A DNA stretch of 64,000 bases from Candidatus Shapirobacteria bacterium (GTDB lineage Bacteria > Patescibacteriota > Microgenomatia > UBA12405), in NCBI GenBank assembly GCA_016188545.1, contig JACPHO010000001.1, positions 419,324 through 483,323 of the forward strand, in the 5' to 3' direction. Both the position numbers and the translations under genes were made by a program. Positions 50,158-59,710 of the stretch are shown here, in pieces. The notes under the pieces were generated by a model. The model saw only the letters and a program-made list of their open reading frames with translations. It did no database searches and was not told where the DNA came from. Each line of letters opens with the position of its first letter. Position 1 is the stretch's first letter.

Positions 50158-50966
50158 AAAGCCAACTGCATTTTTTATCAGTAATTGTTCCGGTTTATAA
50201 ACAAGAAACTACCATCAGGAAAGACCTAACCACTATTCTCCGGACACTAGAACAGATTCGCTATCCTTTTGAGCTTATCGCTGTTATTGATGGCAAAAGT
50301 ATCGACAACTCATTCAAGATTGCCAGTTCTATCCATCACCCCAACCTAAAAGTCACCGGCTACAACCAGAACCACGGCAAAGGCTATGCTATCCGATATG
50401 GTTGGGCTCATACACACGGAGACTATGTCGCCTTTATCGACTCCGGTATGGAGATCGATCCAAACGGAATTTCTATGCTTCTTGAACACATGGAGTGGTA
50501 TGAAGCAGATATTGTAGTCGGCAGTAAATTTCATCCCGCCTCCCAAATAGCGTATCCATTCCATCGACGAATTATTAGTTTTGGTGCCCACCTAATCTCG
50601 CTTTTTCTTCTCCGCATCAACCTCCACGACACCCAGGCTGGAATCAAAATCTTCAAACAACAAGTGCTCAACAAAATACTCCCCAGGCTTTTAATCAAAA
50701 CTTTTGCCTTCGACCTGGAAGTGTTAGCTGTTTCTAAACATCTGGGTTTTACCCGAATCTACGAAGCACCTATCAAACTAAACTATGATTTTTCCGGAAC
50801 CCATCTTGATGGTTCTTTCCTAAAAACAGTCATGCTTTGTCTCAAAGATGCCCTAGCAGTCTTCTATCGACTATACATTATTCACTACTATGATGACAAA
50901 AACAGACGAAAGTGGGTTTACGACAAAGACTTAGAAATGAGAATCAACACCGGTGAATATGAATAA
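50154..50966 (+). CDS. GT2, polyprenol-phosphate glycosyltransferase-like
   Basis: NHGKGYA, IDSG, VGSK.HP.S, DTQAGIKIF, FAFDLE. Confidence 0.85.
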   Translation: MKSQLHFLSVIVPVYKQETTIRKDLTTILRTLEQIRYPFELIAVIDGKSIDNSFKIASSIHHPNLKVTGYNQNHGKGYAIRYGWAHTHGDYVAFIDSGMEIDPNGISMLLEHMEWYEADIVVGSKFHPASQIAYPFHRRIISFGAHLISLFLLRINLHDTQAGIKIFKQQVLNKILPRLLIKTFAFDLEVLAVSKHLGFTRIYEAPIKLNYDFSGTHLDGSFLKTVMLCLKDALAVFYRLYIIHYYDDKNRRKWVYDKDLEMRINTGEYE

Positions 50967-51930
50967 ATCACCATTTTTTTCTATTATTATTCCAATACGA
51001 GTAGTTACCCCATATCTTCGGGAAACTATTGCCGCTCTCGAGCACCAAACTTTCAAGAATTTCGAATTGATTATTGTTGATGACAAAATGTCTGGAGTTG
51101 TCTCACCCGCAATCAAAAGGAATCTCGGCACCAAAAAGTCCCAAGGTTCTTACCTTGCTTTTATTGACGATGACTCCTATCCCGACCCAAATTGGTTAAA
51201 AAACATCCACCAGCAAATAAAAATCCATCCTGCCTACGCTGCTTACTGTGGTCCATGTCTAACCCCACCTGAAGATGATGTCTACCAAAAAGCATCTGGT
51301 TTAGTTTGGGCATCCTTTTTGGGCAGTGGGGGAGCCGGTGTCTATCGCAATACAATTAGTAAATCACAAGAAGTCGACGATTTTCCTTCAGTCAATCTAA
51401 TTGTCAAAAAAGCCGACTTCAACTTAGTCCACGGGTTCAATACTCACCACTGGCCAGGAGAAGATACTATTCTTTGCTTAGATCTAACCAAAAAATTACA
51501 TAAGGTCATCTACTATCACCCCTCAATCATTGTTTATCACCATCGTCGGCAAGTCATTATTCCACACCTCCAACAAATAACCAGATATGCCCTCCATCGT
51601 GGTAATTTTGCCCGAATCTACCCTGAGACAAGTTTTCGATTAGGGTATCTTACACCTAGTTTTTTTGCCGTCTATTGCCTACTAATCCCACTTTTCATAA
51701 ACAAACTATTCTACTTTACCTGGCCACTATATCTATATCTGGCTCTACTTTTCGTTACATTAGTAAAGTTCATTGCACAAAGAAACAATATCTACTCGTC
51801 AGCTTTAGCCGCCATCACCATTCCCATCACTCATCTCTATTATGGTTTATTATTTATTTGGGGTTTCTTTTCAGTAAAGTTATTATTCAAACCCCACCGT
51901 CTTTCTCAAGATCAATACCACGGAGGTTGA
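50959..51930 (+). CDS. GT2 glycosyltransferase with C-terminal TMs
   Basis: SIIIP, PAIKRNLG, FIDDD, PGED, VYHHRR. Confidence 0.87.
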   Translation: MNKSPFFSIIIPIRVVTPYLRETIAALEHQTFKNFELIIVDDKMSGVVSPAIKRNLGTKKSQGSYLAFIDDDSYPDPNWLKNIHQQIKIHPAYAAYCGPCLTPPEDDVYQKASGLVWASFLGSGGAGVYRNTISKSQEVDDFPSVNLIVKKADFNLVHGFNTHHWPGEDTILCLDLTKKLHKVIYYHPSIIVYHHRRQVIIPHLQQITRYALHRGNFARIYPETSFRLGYLTPSFFAVYCLLIPLFINKLFYFTWPLYLYLALLFVTLVKFIAQRNNIYSSALAAITIPITHLYYGLLFIWGFFSVKLLFKPHRLSQDQYHGG

Positions 51931-51961
51931 TTTTATACTCCTATAAATATAGTATTAGTTT

Positions 51962-53476
51962 ATGAAACATCCTTTCTCCATCGCCATTTCTTACCCACCA
52001 CTGGAGAGTTCAAAAGGAATTCCATTTTTAGCTCAAAACAGACAATTTCAGTGGACAAATACGGGCAATGTAATCCTGCCGGTTATCCCCGCATACGGAG
52101 CCTCCGCCTTACATCAATTAGGTTACAAAGTCTATTGGGACGACGCCATTGCTGAAAAAATTTCTTATCAAAAATGGTTAAGCCGCATTATCAAGTGGCG
52201 CCCGTCTCTAGTAGCCATCGAATCAAAAACTCCCACAATTAAGCGTCATTGGGCTATTATCAAAGATCTAAAATCTGCCGCTGCTAAGGACAAAAAGTGG
52301 AAACTAAAAGTAGTTCTTTTTGGTGATCACGTCACTGCTATGCCTGAAGAATCACTCAAAAACTCTCCCGTCGACTATGTCATTACTGGTGGCGACTATG
52401 ACTTCATGTTACTCAACCTAGTTGATCACTTAGTCAACAGCACCAAACTTGAACCCGGCTTCTACTATCGCTCTAACGCTCTAAAGTTCAAAAGTACTAT
52501 TATAAATACTGGTAAATTTGCCCTAAAACATCACAACCTAGATACACTTCCACCAATCAACCGGGAACTAACCAATTGGAAACTATACGGTAACGACAAC
52601 ACCAATTTTAAATATCATCCCGGCGCCTATCTCATGACCGGACGCGACTGTTGGTGGGGAAAATGCACTTTTTGTTCTTGGATCAGCATCTTCCCTGGCA
52701 ACAACTTTCGAAACTTCTCGGTCAAACACACGGTCGACGAAATCGAGTACATGGCTTCTCTTGGTATTCGTGAAATTTTTGATGACGCCGGCACACTCCC
52801 CATTGGCCCCTGGCTTCGAGACTTTTGCAACGAGATGATTAAAAGAGGACTCCACAAAAAGGTTGTTATAGGTTGTAATATGCGCTTTGGTGCCCTCAAC
52901 CAAGAACAATATGATCTGATGGGTAAAGCCGGATTCCGGTTTATCCTCTACGGTCTAGAATCCAGCAACCAAAAGACCCTCGATATGATTGTCAAAAATA
53001 CCAAAGTTGAAGACTCTCGCAAAACCCTAATCATGGCCAAAAAAGCTGGACTAGAACCCCACCTAACAATTATGATTGGCTACCCTTGGGAAACCAAAGA
53101 AGATGCCCAAAACACTCTAGAGGAAGCCCGTAGCTTATTCCGTGATGGTTTAGCCGACAGTATGCAGGCAACTATCGTTGTCCCATATCCTGGCACCCCT
53201 TTGTTCAAACAGTGTCAAGAAAACAATTGGCTAAAAACCGAAGATTGGGACGCCTACGACATGCGTCATCCTATTATGAAGTCACCCCTATCAGACAGTG
53301 AACAGCTTGAGCTTGTCCAGAGTCTCTTCCATGGTATTCTCACCCCACGTTTTCTAATTCGAAAAGTCCTCTCCATCCGCTCGCTTGACGACATTAAACA
53401 TCTTTTTACCTATGCCATCAAATACCTCAAAAAACTCCGCGATTTCCCCATCGCTTCCAAGCCAGCTACTCACTAA
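51962..53476 (+). CDS. B12-binding-domain radical SAM protein
   Basis: N-terminal Rossmann-like domain (FGDHVT, GGDYD); CWWGKCTFC (CX4CX2C); GLES; MIGYPWET; PYPGTPLF. Confidence 0.88.
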   Translation: MKHPFSIAISYPPLESSKGIPFLAQNRQFQWTNTGNVILPVIPAYGASALHQLGYKVYWDDAIAEKISYQKWLSRIIKWRPSLVAIESKTPTIKRHWAIIKDLKSAAAKDKKWKLKVVLFGDHVTAMPEESLKNSPVDYVITGGDYDFMLLNLVDHLVNSTKLEPGFYYRSNALKFKSTIINTGKFALKHHNLDTLPPINRELTNWKLYGNDNTNFKYHPGAYLMTGRDCWWGKCTFCSWISIFPGNNFRNFSVKHTVDEIEYMASLGIREIFDDAGTLPIGPWLRDFCNEMIKRGLHKKVVIGCNMRFGALNQEQYDLMGKAGFRFILYGLESSNQKTLDMIVKNTKVEDSRKTLIMAKKAGLEPHLTIMIGYPWETKEDAQNTLEEARSLFRDGLADSMQATIVVPYPGTPLFKQCQENNWLKTEDWDAYDMRHPIMKSPLSDSEQLELVQSLFHGILTPRFLIRKVLSIRSLDDIKHLFTYAIKYLKKLRDFPIASKPATH

Positions 53477-54182
53477 ATATCGCATCTACGGGTTTTACTG
53501 GACAATCAAATTAACCTTTCAGTTTTTGTATCGTAAACTATTTTTCGAACTACTTCGCCAATCTCACTCTCAATATGGCGAAGACTTGATTATCAGCGAA
53601 ATATTGAAAACCAAAGATATTTTTTATGTTGATATCGGAGCCAACCATCCTAAGAAATTCAACAATACCTATTTTTTCTATCGACACGGTAGTCATGGCA
53701 TAAACATTGAACCAAATCCATATTTGTTGCAACAATATTCAACCGTTCGCTCAGGCGACACCAATCTAAACATAGGCATATCTTCAAAACCAAGTGTCAT
53801 GAAATTCTATCAAATGTACCCCGATGTCAACTCCACTTTTTCAAAAAGTAAATATCTCCACAATCTTCAACACAATTCTTTGCTTGTTGATACGCCCAGT
53901 ATAGAAGTAACAACTCTATCACTGTTATTCGACAGTTATCTACCGCAAAGACAAACCATCGACTTATTATCAATCGATACCGAAGGCCACGATCTAACCG
54001 TTCTCAAAAGTAACAACTGGCAAAAATATTGTCCTAGACTAATTTGTGTTGAGACTCAGTCAGACCACTCATTACATAGTTATCTGCTAAAATTAGGCTA
54101 CAAACAAGTCCACAAGACCCCAATTAATAGCCTATATGTCCAAAAAAGTTATTCTCTTTTTTCCCTCCCCACTTCCCTATGA
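53412..54182 (+). CDS. FkbM family methyltransferase (start uncertain)
   Basis: SQYGED, YVDIGANHP, NIEP, LSIDTEGHD, PRLICVE. Confidence 0.85.
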   Translation: MPSNTSKNSAISPSLPSQLLTKYRIYGFYWTIKLTFQFLYRKLFFELLRQSHSQYGEDLIISEILKTKDIFYVDIGANHPKKFNNTYFFYRHGSHGINIEPNPYLLQQYSTVRSGDTNLNIGISSKPSVMKFYQMYPDVNSTFSKSKYLHNLQHNSLLVDTPSIEVTTLSLLFDSYLPQRQTIDLLSIDTEGHDLTVLKSNNWQKYCPRLICVETQSDHSLHSYLLKLGYKQVHKTPINSLYVQKSYSLFSLPTSL

Positions 54183-55671
54183 AAGAAACTGGCACGGTGT
54201 ACCGCTTGCGCTGTTGGCCATATCCCGCTATCTAGTCAACGAAAATTACGATATTAAGATTTACACCCGTTACCTTCAAAAAAACTACGAACGGAAGCTC
54301 CTAAAATCTGGCAAAAATGCTATTTGTTTGGGAATTAGTGCCATGACTGGACATCAAATATACGACGGGTTGAGACTCGCCAAAAAATTTAAAAAAAAAT
54401 ACCCCAAAGTACCAATTGTTTGGGGTGGCTGGCACCCTTCAATTTTACCCCTTGAGACAATCAAAGACCATCGGGTCGATATTGTAGTCAAAGGACAGGG
54501 TGATATTACCTTCACCGAACTTGTACATGCTCTGGAATCCAAATCAGATCTAAAAAATGTAAAAGGAATTGTCTTCAAGAAAGGTAAAAAAATAATTGCC
54601 ACTCCAGACCGGAGACCAGTCGACCTTACCACGGTGCCGCCCCTTCCCTATCATCTTGTCGATGTTTCCCAGTGCACCATCCCGACTGAGTACGGTCTGC
54701 GAACCGCCCCCTACATTAGCAGTTATGGATGTCCTCATCGTTGTGCGTTTTGTGTCGAAGAGATCGTCAACAAACGTAGCTGGAAAGCCGTTCCTGCCGA
54801 AAAAGTCCTGAATGAATGGGAAGGTTTGTATCGCAATTATGGTGCCGATTCTATTGCTGTCTATGACAGCAACTTTTTTGTAGATGAAAACCGAGTCCGA
54901 GAGATTTGCGAAGGACTAATCCACCGCAATTTACCAATAAAATTTGGTAATGCCAACGGTCGGGCTGGTCAACTAAGTCGCTACAAACCAGAGACTTGGG
55001 AGCTCATGGAAAAGGCCGGGTGCACTATGATTCTCACTGGAGCTGAGTCAGGTGATCAAAAATCTCTCGACTTTATTAGTAAAGACATGAATGTAGAAGA
55101 GATCGTCAAGTTCACAGAACTATGTCACAAGCACAATATTAAAATCCTCTATTCATTTTTGGTTGGACTTCCTTGGTCAAAAGATCCCCAAGAAAATGAT
55201 GAGTTTGTGGCCACAGAGTACCGATCCACTCTTTCCCTTATCGACAGGTTGTTAAAAATATGTAATCGTAACCGGTATACTTATTACGTGTTTTTACCCT
55301 ATCCTGGCGCTGCTTTATACAACCGTGCCGTCGGTCTTGGACTAGAGGCTCCTAAAAGTTTTGAAGATTGGACCAACTACCTTATGTCCCCCGAAAATGC
55401 CTTCAAAGAAACCATTCGTCAACAGTGGATTAGTCCCCATGATGCAAGACTAACCGCAATGTTAACCCAATATATTTTTGGAATAATGGATCGTGACACC
55501 TACACCATGCTATACCCTAGACTTAAAAATCCTATTTCAAGAGCAGCCTTCACATCCGGATATTATATTGCTCTTGCCATGGTGACAGTTCGCTGGAAAC
55601 TCAAGTTTTTTGACTTCCCGTTAGATTATTGGCTGTTTTCTCTTGTACATCGCTATGGCGGCATCCTCTAA
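54136..55671 (+). CDS. B12-binding-domain radical SAM protein
   Basis: PLALL, WGGWHPS, GQGD, GCPHRCAFC, GAESG, PYPG. Confidence 0.9.
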   Translation: MSKKVILFFPSPLPYERNWHGVPLALLAISRYLVNENYDIKIYTRYLQKNYERKLLKSGKNAICLGISAMTGHQIYDGLRLAKKFKKKYPKVPIVWGGWHPSILPLETIKDHRVDIVVKGQGDITFTELVHALESKSDLKNVKGIVFKKGKKIIATPDRRPVDLTTVPPLPYHLVDVSQCTIPTEYGLRTAPYISSYGCPHRCAFCVEEIVNKRSWKAVPAEKVLNEWEGLYRNYGADSIAVYDSNFFVDENRVREICEGLIHRNLPIKFGNANGRAGQLSRYKPETWELMEKAGCTMILTGAESGDQKSLDFISKDMNVEEIVKFTELCHKHNIKILYSFLVGLPWSKDPQENDEFVATEYRSTLSLIDRLLKICNRNRYTYYVFLPYPGAALYNRAVGLGLEAPKSFEDWTNYLMSPENAFKETIRQQWISPHDARLTAMLTQYIFGIMDRDTYTMLYPRLKNPISRAAFTSGYYIALAMVTVRWKLKFFDFPLDYWLFSLVHRYGGIL

Positions 55672-56686
55672 AACACCTTCTATTTCTTTCATCATTCCCA
55701 CCCTAAATTCTGGTGCAGTTTTGATTGATTGTCTTCAGTCAATTGTCGATCAAAAATATCCAAAAGATAAAATAACTATTTTAATAGTTGACGGCGGCTC
55801 ATCTGATTCCACACTTAAGATTGCCAAATTATATCGTACAATAATCATCAATAACCATCTAAAAACAGCGGAATCAGCCAAGTCATTAGGCATCAAGAAA
55901 TCAACAACAGACTTCATCGCCTTAATCGACTCGGATAATATTCTTCCCACCCCAACTTGGCTTGAATCAATGCTCTTACCCCTAACAACAGACCCCGCCA
56001 TTATTGGCTCAGAACCATGGAGCTACACTTATCGACCGGAAGGTGGATTTATAGAGCGATACAGTGCCCTTACTGGGGTCAACGACCCCTACACTTTAGT
56101 CGTCGGAAACTATGATCGTCAAAATGTCCTCACCGGCAAGTGGACCGGACTAAAACTAAATATCGTCGATCATCAATATTACCAAGCAATCCGGTTTAAA
56201 AGTAACTCATCACTTCCCACTATTGGTGCCAACGGCACTATTTACAAAACCATCATCGCTCAACAATATCTAAGCGGTGATTACTTTTTTGATATCGATT
56301 TCTTGTCCACAATTCTATCCAAAAAAAAATCACTTGAGTTTGCCAAGGTCAAGGTTGGAATTATCCACACCTACTGTGAGTCATCAATATCCAAATTTTA
56401 CAAAAAACAGTTACGTCGGGCAGTCGACTTGTATACCCACCAAAACGATCGAACCTACCCCCTAACCAAAAACAATTTCCTCCCCACAGTCATTTTCTGT
56501 CTTTACGTGGTTACCTTGCTTCCCATGACCATCGATACACTCAGAGGCTTTGTAATCAAGCCCGACATTGCTTGGTTCTTTCACCCACTGGCATGTGTTA
56601 TAACTCTATTCACTTACGGCACAACTACCATAAAGTATAAACTTGGTTCACTCAAGCCTCTTGATCGTAAACAATGGCATCAATAA
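55655..56686 (+). CDS. GT2 glycosyltransferase with C-terminal TMs
   Basis: PTLNS, VDGGSSD, IDSDN, TIGANG. Confidence 0.85.
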   Translation: MAASSKTPSISFIIPTLNSGAVLIDCLQSIVDQKYPKDKITILIVDGGSSDSTLKIAKLYRTIIINNHLKTAESAKSLGIKKSTTDFIALIDSDNILPTPTWLESMLLPLTTDPAIIGSEPWSYTYRPEGGFIERYSALTGVNDPYTLVVGNYDRQNVLTGKWTGLKLNIVDHQYYQAIRFKSNSSLPTIGANGTIYKTIIAQQYLSGDYFFDIDFLSTILSKKKSLEFAKVKVGIIHTYCESSISKFYKKQLRRAVDLYTHQNDRTYPLTKNNFLPTVIFCLYVVTLLPMTIDTLRGFVIKPDIAWFFHPLACVITLFTYGTTTIKYKLGSLKPLDRKQWHQ

Positions 56687-57792
56687 AAACTATCCTCCAC
56701 ATCACTCCATTTTTCCACCCCAATATTGGAGGGGTCGAAACTCATCTAGACGACCTTACCTATGAACTACACAAAAGGGGATACAAACAGATTGTTCTTA
56801 CTTATTCACCACTATCAACCATTGTTCCCTATCAAAAATCAGAGTTGTCGACCAACTTACTCATTCATCGTTTTTACCTACCTGGTCACAATTTATTTCA
56901 TTCTCTCGAAAAATTTCCTCTATTAAATTTTTTATACATCACCCCTTGTTTACTTTTTCACTCCCTTATTTGGCTTTTGGTCAATCACCCTCACATCGAC
57001 ACCATCCATTCTCACGGTCTAAACTCCGCTCTAATCGGCAATATTATAAAAAAATTCCTGAGAATTCCCAAACATATCACCTCTATCTACTCTACCTATG
57101 ACAATGTTCCCTTAAATTCAACTACTACAAAATTATTTGTCCACATTCTCAACAATACCGACAAAGTTCTTACTCAGTCAGACCAATCAGTTATACAACT
57201 CAGAAATTTAGGAGTTATCAAAAATAAAATCGCCAGATATTATCATTGGATTGATATTACACGCTTTAAACCAATTCCAAAAAAATCATCCAAATTTTCT
57301 GTATTATTTATCGGTCGTCTAATTCCTCAAAAAAACTCCATAACTCTTGCCACATTAGCCCCAGAATTTACTCAGATAAGATTTGATTTTATCGGTACCG
57401 GTCCTGAATTAGAAAATCTCAAAACTTTAGCCAAAAAATATTCCAATATAAATTTAATTGGCGATGTTCCTTATAAAAACTTGCCACAGTTTTATCAACA
57501 AGCAACTGTTTTTTGTATGCCCTCTACCTATCACGAAGGCTGGGGTAGGGTACTTGCCGAATCAGTTGCCTGTGGCACCCCCGTGATTTGTTCAAACTTA
57601 GGCGGCACCACTGAAGCCGTCGACAGTTCTGTAGCAATTATAGTACCTCCCACTTCAGATCATTTCAAAAAATCCATCAAAAAACTATTTGAAAATCCGT
57701 CCCAACTCCGAAAACTTAGATACAATTGCCATACATACGCCAAAAAACACTATTCCTCAGATAATGTTACTTACATCACCCGACACTATTAA
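56674..57792 (+). CDS. GT4 glycosyltransferase
   Basis: GGVETH, HSHG, FIGRLIPQK, EGWGRVLAE. Confidence 0.9.
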   Translation: MASIKTILHITPFFHPNIGGVETHLDDLTYELHKRGYKQIVLTYSPLSTIVPYQKSELSTNLLIHRFYLPGHNLFHSLEKFPLLNFLYITPCLLFHSLIWLLVNHPHIDTIHSHGLNSALIGNIIKKFLRIPKHITSIYSTYDNVPLNSTTTKLFVHILNNTDKVLTQSDQSVIQLRNLGVIKNKIARYYHWIDITRFKPIPKKSSKFSVLFIGRLIPQKNSITLATLAPEFTQIRFDFIGTGPELENLKTLAKKYSNINLIGDVPYKNLPQFYQQATVFCMPSTYHEGWGRVLAESVACGTPVICSNLGGTTEAVDSSVAIIVPPTSDHFKKSIKKLFENPSQLRKLRYNCHTYAKKHYSSDNVTYITRHY

Positions 57793-58412
57793 ACTTTGCT
57801 TGCCTCAATATACAAACCCAGCTCTTGGTGAATCGGTAAGTCAAGAATATCAACATCCTTCATCGAGCTTTTTCTGTATGCCGAATTTTTTATTTTAGTA
57901 AACCCAACTTTATTAATCAGTCGACTAAGGTTTTCAAAATCATACATCCATTGGTGACCTCTGATTGCCGATTTACCAAGACCCATGTTTTTGTCTTTAT
58001 CAAATCCATAAAACTCTCTACAAAAAACATCCGCGTCACCATTTTTTAAGTATTTATCCATTATCTTTTTTAGGTCTGGGACAACCAAACGAATTTTTCC
58101 ATTTTGTTTCAGTACCCGCAAACACTCTTTTAAGAGTTCCTCGGCTTCATATTTTTCAAGATGCTCTAAAAAATTTGAACTATAAATCCAATCAACACTA
58201 TTTGCCATTAAAGGAATTCCTTTTCGAAGATCATGTAATACTACTTCCCTCCAATCTCTTTGATAACTCTTGTCAAGAATACCCAACGACACCAATAATC
58301 TTCGTAATAGTGGAATCTTAGCCAAAAATGGCAACCATCCCCAGTCATAGTTAATCCACCCCTGTACCCCGTCTGGCCCCGAACCCAAGTTAATTCTCAC
58401 TTCCCCTTTCAT
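57789..58412 (-). CDS. Class I SAM-dependent methyltransferase (Methyltransf_11-like)
   Basis: NLGSG, HDLRKGIP, SSNFLEHL, RVLK.NG.IRLVVPD. Confidence 0.85.
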   Translation of the reverse strand: MKGEVRINLGSGPDGVQGWINYDWGWLPFLAKIPLLRRLLVSLGILDKSYQRDWREVVLHDLRKGIPLMANSVDWIYSSNFLEHLEKYEAEELLKECLRVLKQNGKIRLVVPDLKKIMDKYLKNGDADVFCREFYGFDKDKNMGLGKSAIRGHQWMYDFENLSRLINKVGFTKIKNSAYRKSSMKDVDILDLPIHQELGLYIEASKV

Positions 58413-58431
58413 AGCTATATAATATCAGAGT
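58413..58431. promoter_or_regulatory. Overlapping bidirectional -10 elements in a 19-nt intergenic gap
   Basis: Minus strand TGaTATTAT, 6 nt before ATG 58412; plus strand TATAAT (58418-58423), 8 nt before ATG 58432. Confidence 0.6.
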
Positions 58432-59625
58432 ATGTCTCTTCCCAAGCTTCTCGTAGTCTGCCACACCAATTTGGGTACCAGCCTCAGCGGAGGAGACAGG
58501 ATTTTTCTAAAACTTATCAAATATTGGCAAAAGTATTTTGAAATAACCGCCCTAGCATCCCCAGAAGCCAAAAAACTTATTCAAAGAAATAAGTTGAATA
58601 TACATATCATCAGTACTACCCATGTCCCAACAATCACTAATTTATCGACTTTCCACTTAGTCCTACACCATACCATTAGATTCCTGACCGCGATTACTTT
58701 CTGTCTTACTCACCCTCCTCTTTTCCAAAAACACACCCACGTCTACACATCTTCTGATTTTTACGGTGACTTTACTTTCGGATTCTTATCCAAATTATTT
58801 AATGGCAAAATTACTTGGTATTGTGGTTACTATCTTTTAGCCCCATTTCCAACAGATACCAATTCTCCTTACCTCACCAACCACCATCCAATTCGTGGAC
58901 TTATCTACTACTTAGCCCAAAGACCAACCATTCTACTTGCTCGACTATTAGCAGATTATGTATTTGTCACTTCCAAACCAGATATTGTCCCATTTAAAAA
59001 TAACCGGTTACCTTCATCAAAAATTATTATCGTCCAGGGCGGTGTCTACATCCCTACCAGCAAAACTATCAAAACACTTCTACCCATTACCAAGAGGGCA
59101 TATGACGGATTTTACCTTGGTCGTCTCCACAACCAGAAAGGTGTTATGGAAATGATCGATATCTGGTCTTTAGTTACCAAAAAAATACCCGCAGCTCGTT
59201 TAGTCATCGTCGGTGACGGAGAGTTAATGTCCCAAATGACCCAGAAAATTGATGCATTAAAACTTCAAAAAAATATTAATGTCATCGGTTTTTTGGTTGG
59301 TCCCAAAAAATTTGCTCTCATCAAAAATAGTAAAATAGTTCTTCACCCTGCCACCTATGACAGTGGGGGAATGGCCGCAGCAGAAGCCATGGCATGGGGA
59401 CTTCCTGGTGTCTCTTTTGACCTCCCATCGCTAAAGACATACTATCCCAAAGGCATGGTCAAAGTACCACTTTCAGATCTAAACAAGTTTGCCAACTTAG
59501 TCGTCAAACTTTTGACAAATAAAGAGTTCTACAAAAAACATTCCCACGACGCCCGGGATCTAACTATTGAAAATTGGAACTGGAAAACCCGGTTTGACAA
59601 TATCTACAAAAAAATCTCAGTGTAA
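58432..59625 (+). CDS. GT4 glycosyltransferase
   Basis: SGGDR, LGRLHNQKG, IVGDG, DSGGMAAAEAMAWGLP. Confidence 0.88.
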   Translation: MSLPKLLVVCHTNLGTSLSGGDRIFLKLIKYWQKYFEITALASPEAKKLIQRNKLNIHIISTTHVPTITNLSTFHLVLHHTIRFLTAITFCLTHPPLFQKHTHVYTSSDFYGDFTFGFLSKLFNGKITWYCGYYLLAPFPTDTNSPYLTNHHPIRGLIYYLAQRPTILLARLLADYVFVTSKPDIVPFKNNRLPSSKIIIVQGGVYIPTSKTIKTLLPITKRAYDGFYLGRLHNQKGVMEMIDIWSLVTKKIPAARLVIVGDGELMSQMTQKIDALKLQKNINVIGFLVGPKKFALIKNSKIVLHPATYDSGGMAAAEAMAWGLPGVSFDLPSLKTYYPKGMVKVPLSDLNKFANLVVKLLTNKEFYKKHSHDARDLTIENWNWKTRFDNIYKKISV

Positions 59626-59710
59626 ATACACAGACTTAAAGATTATTTATCTAAAACGCTTATCTCTTACGCTCTAACGTTCTAATGATCTAAAGTTCTA
59701 TCTCGTTCTA

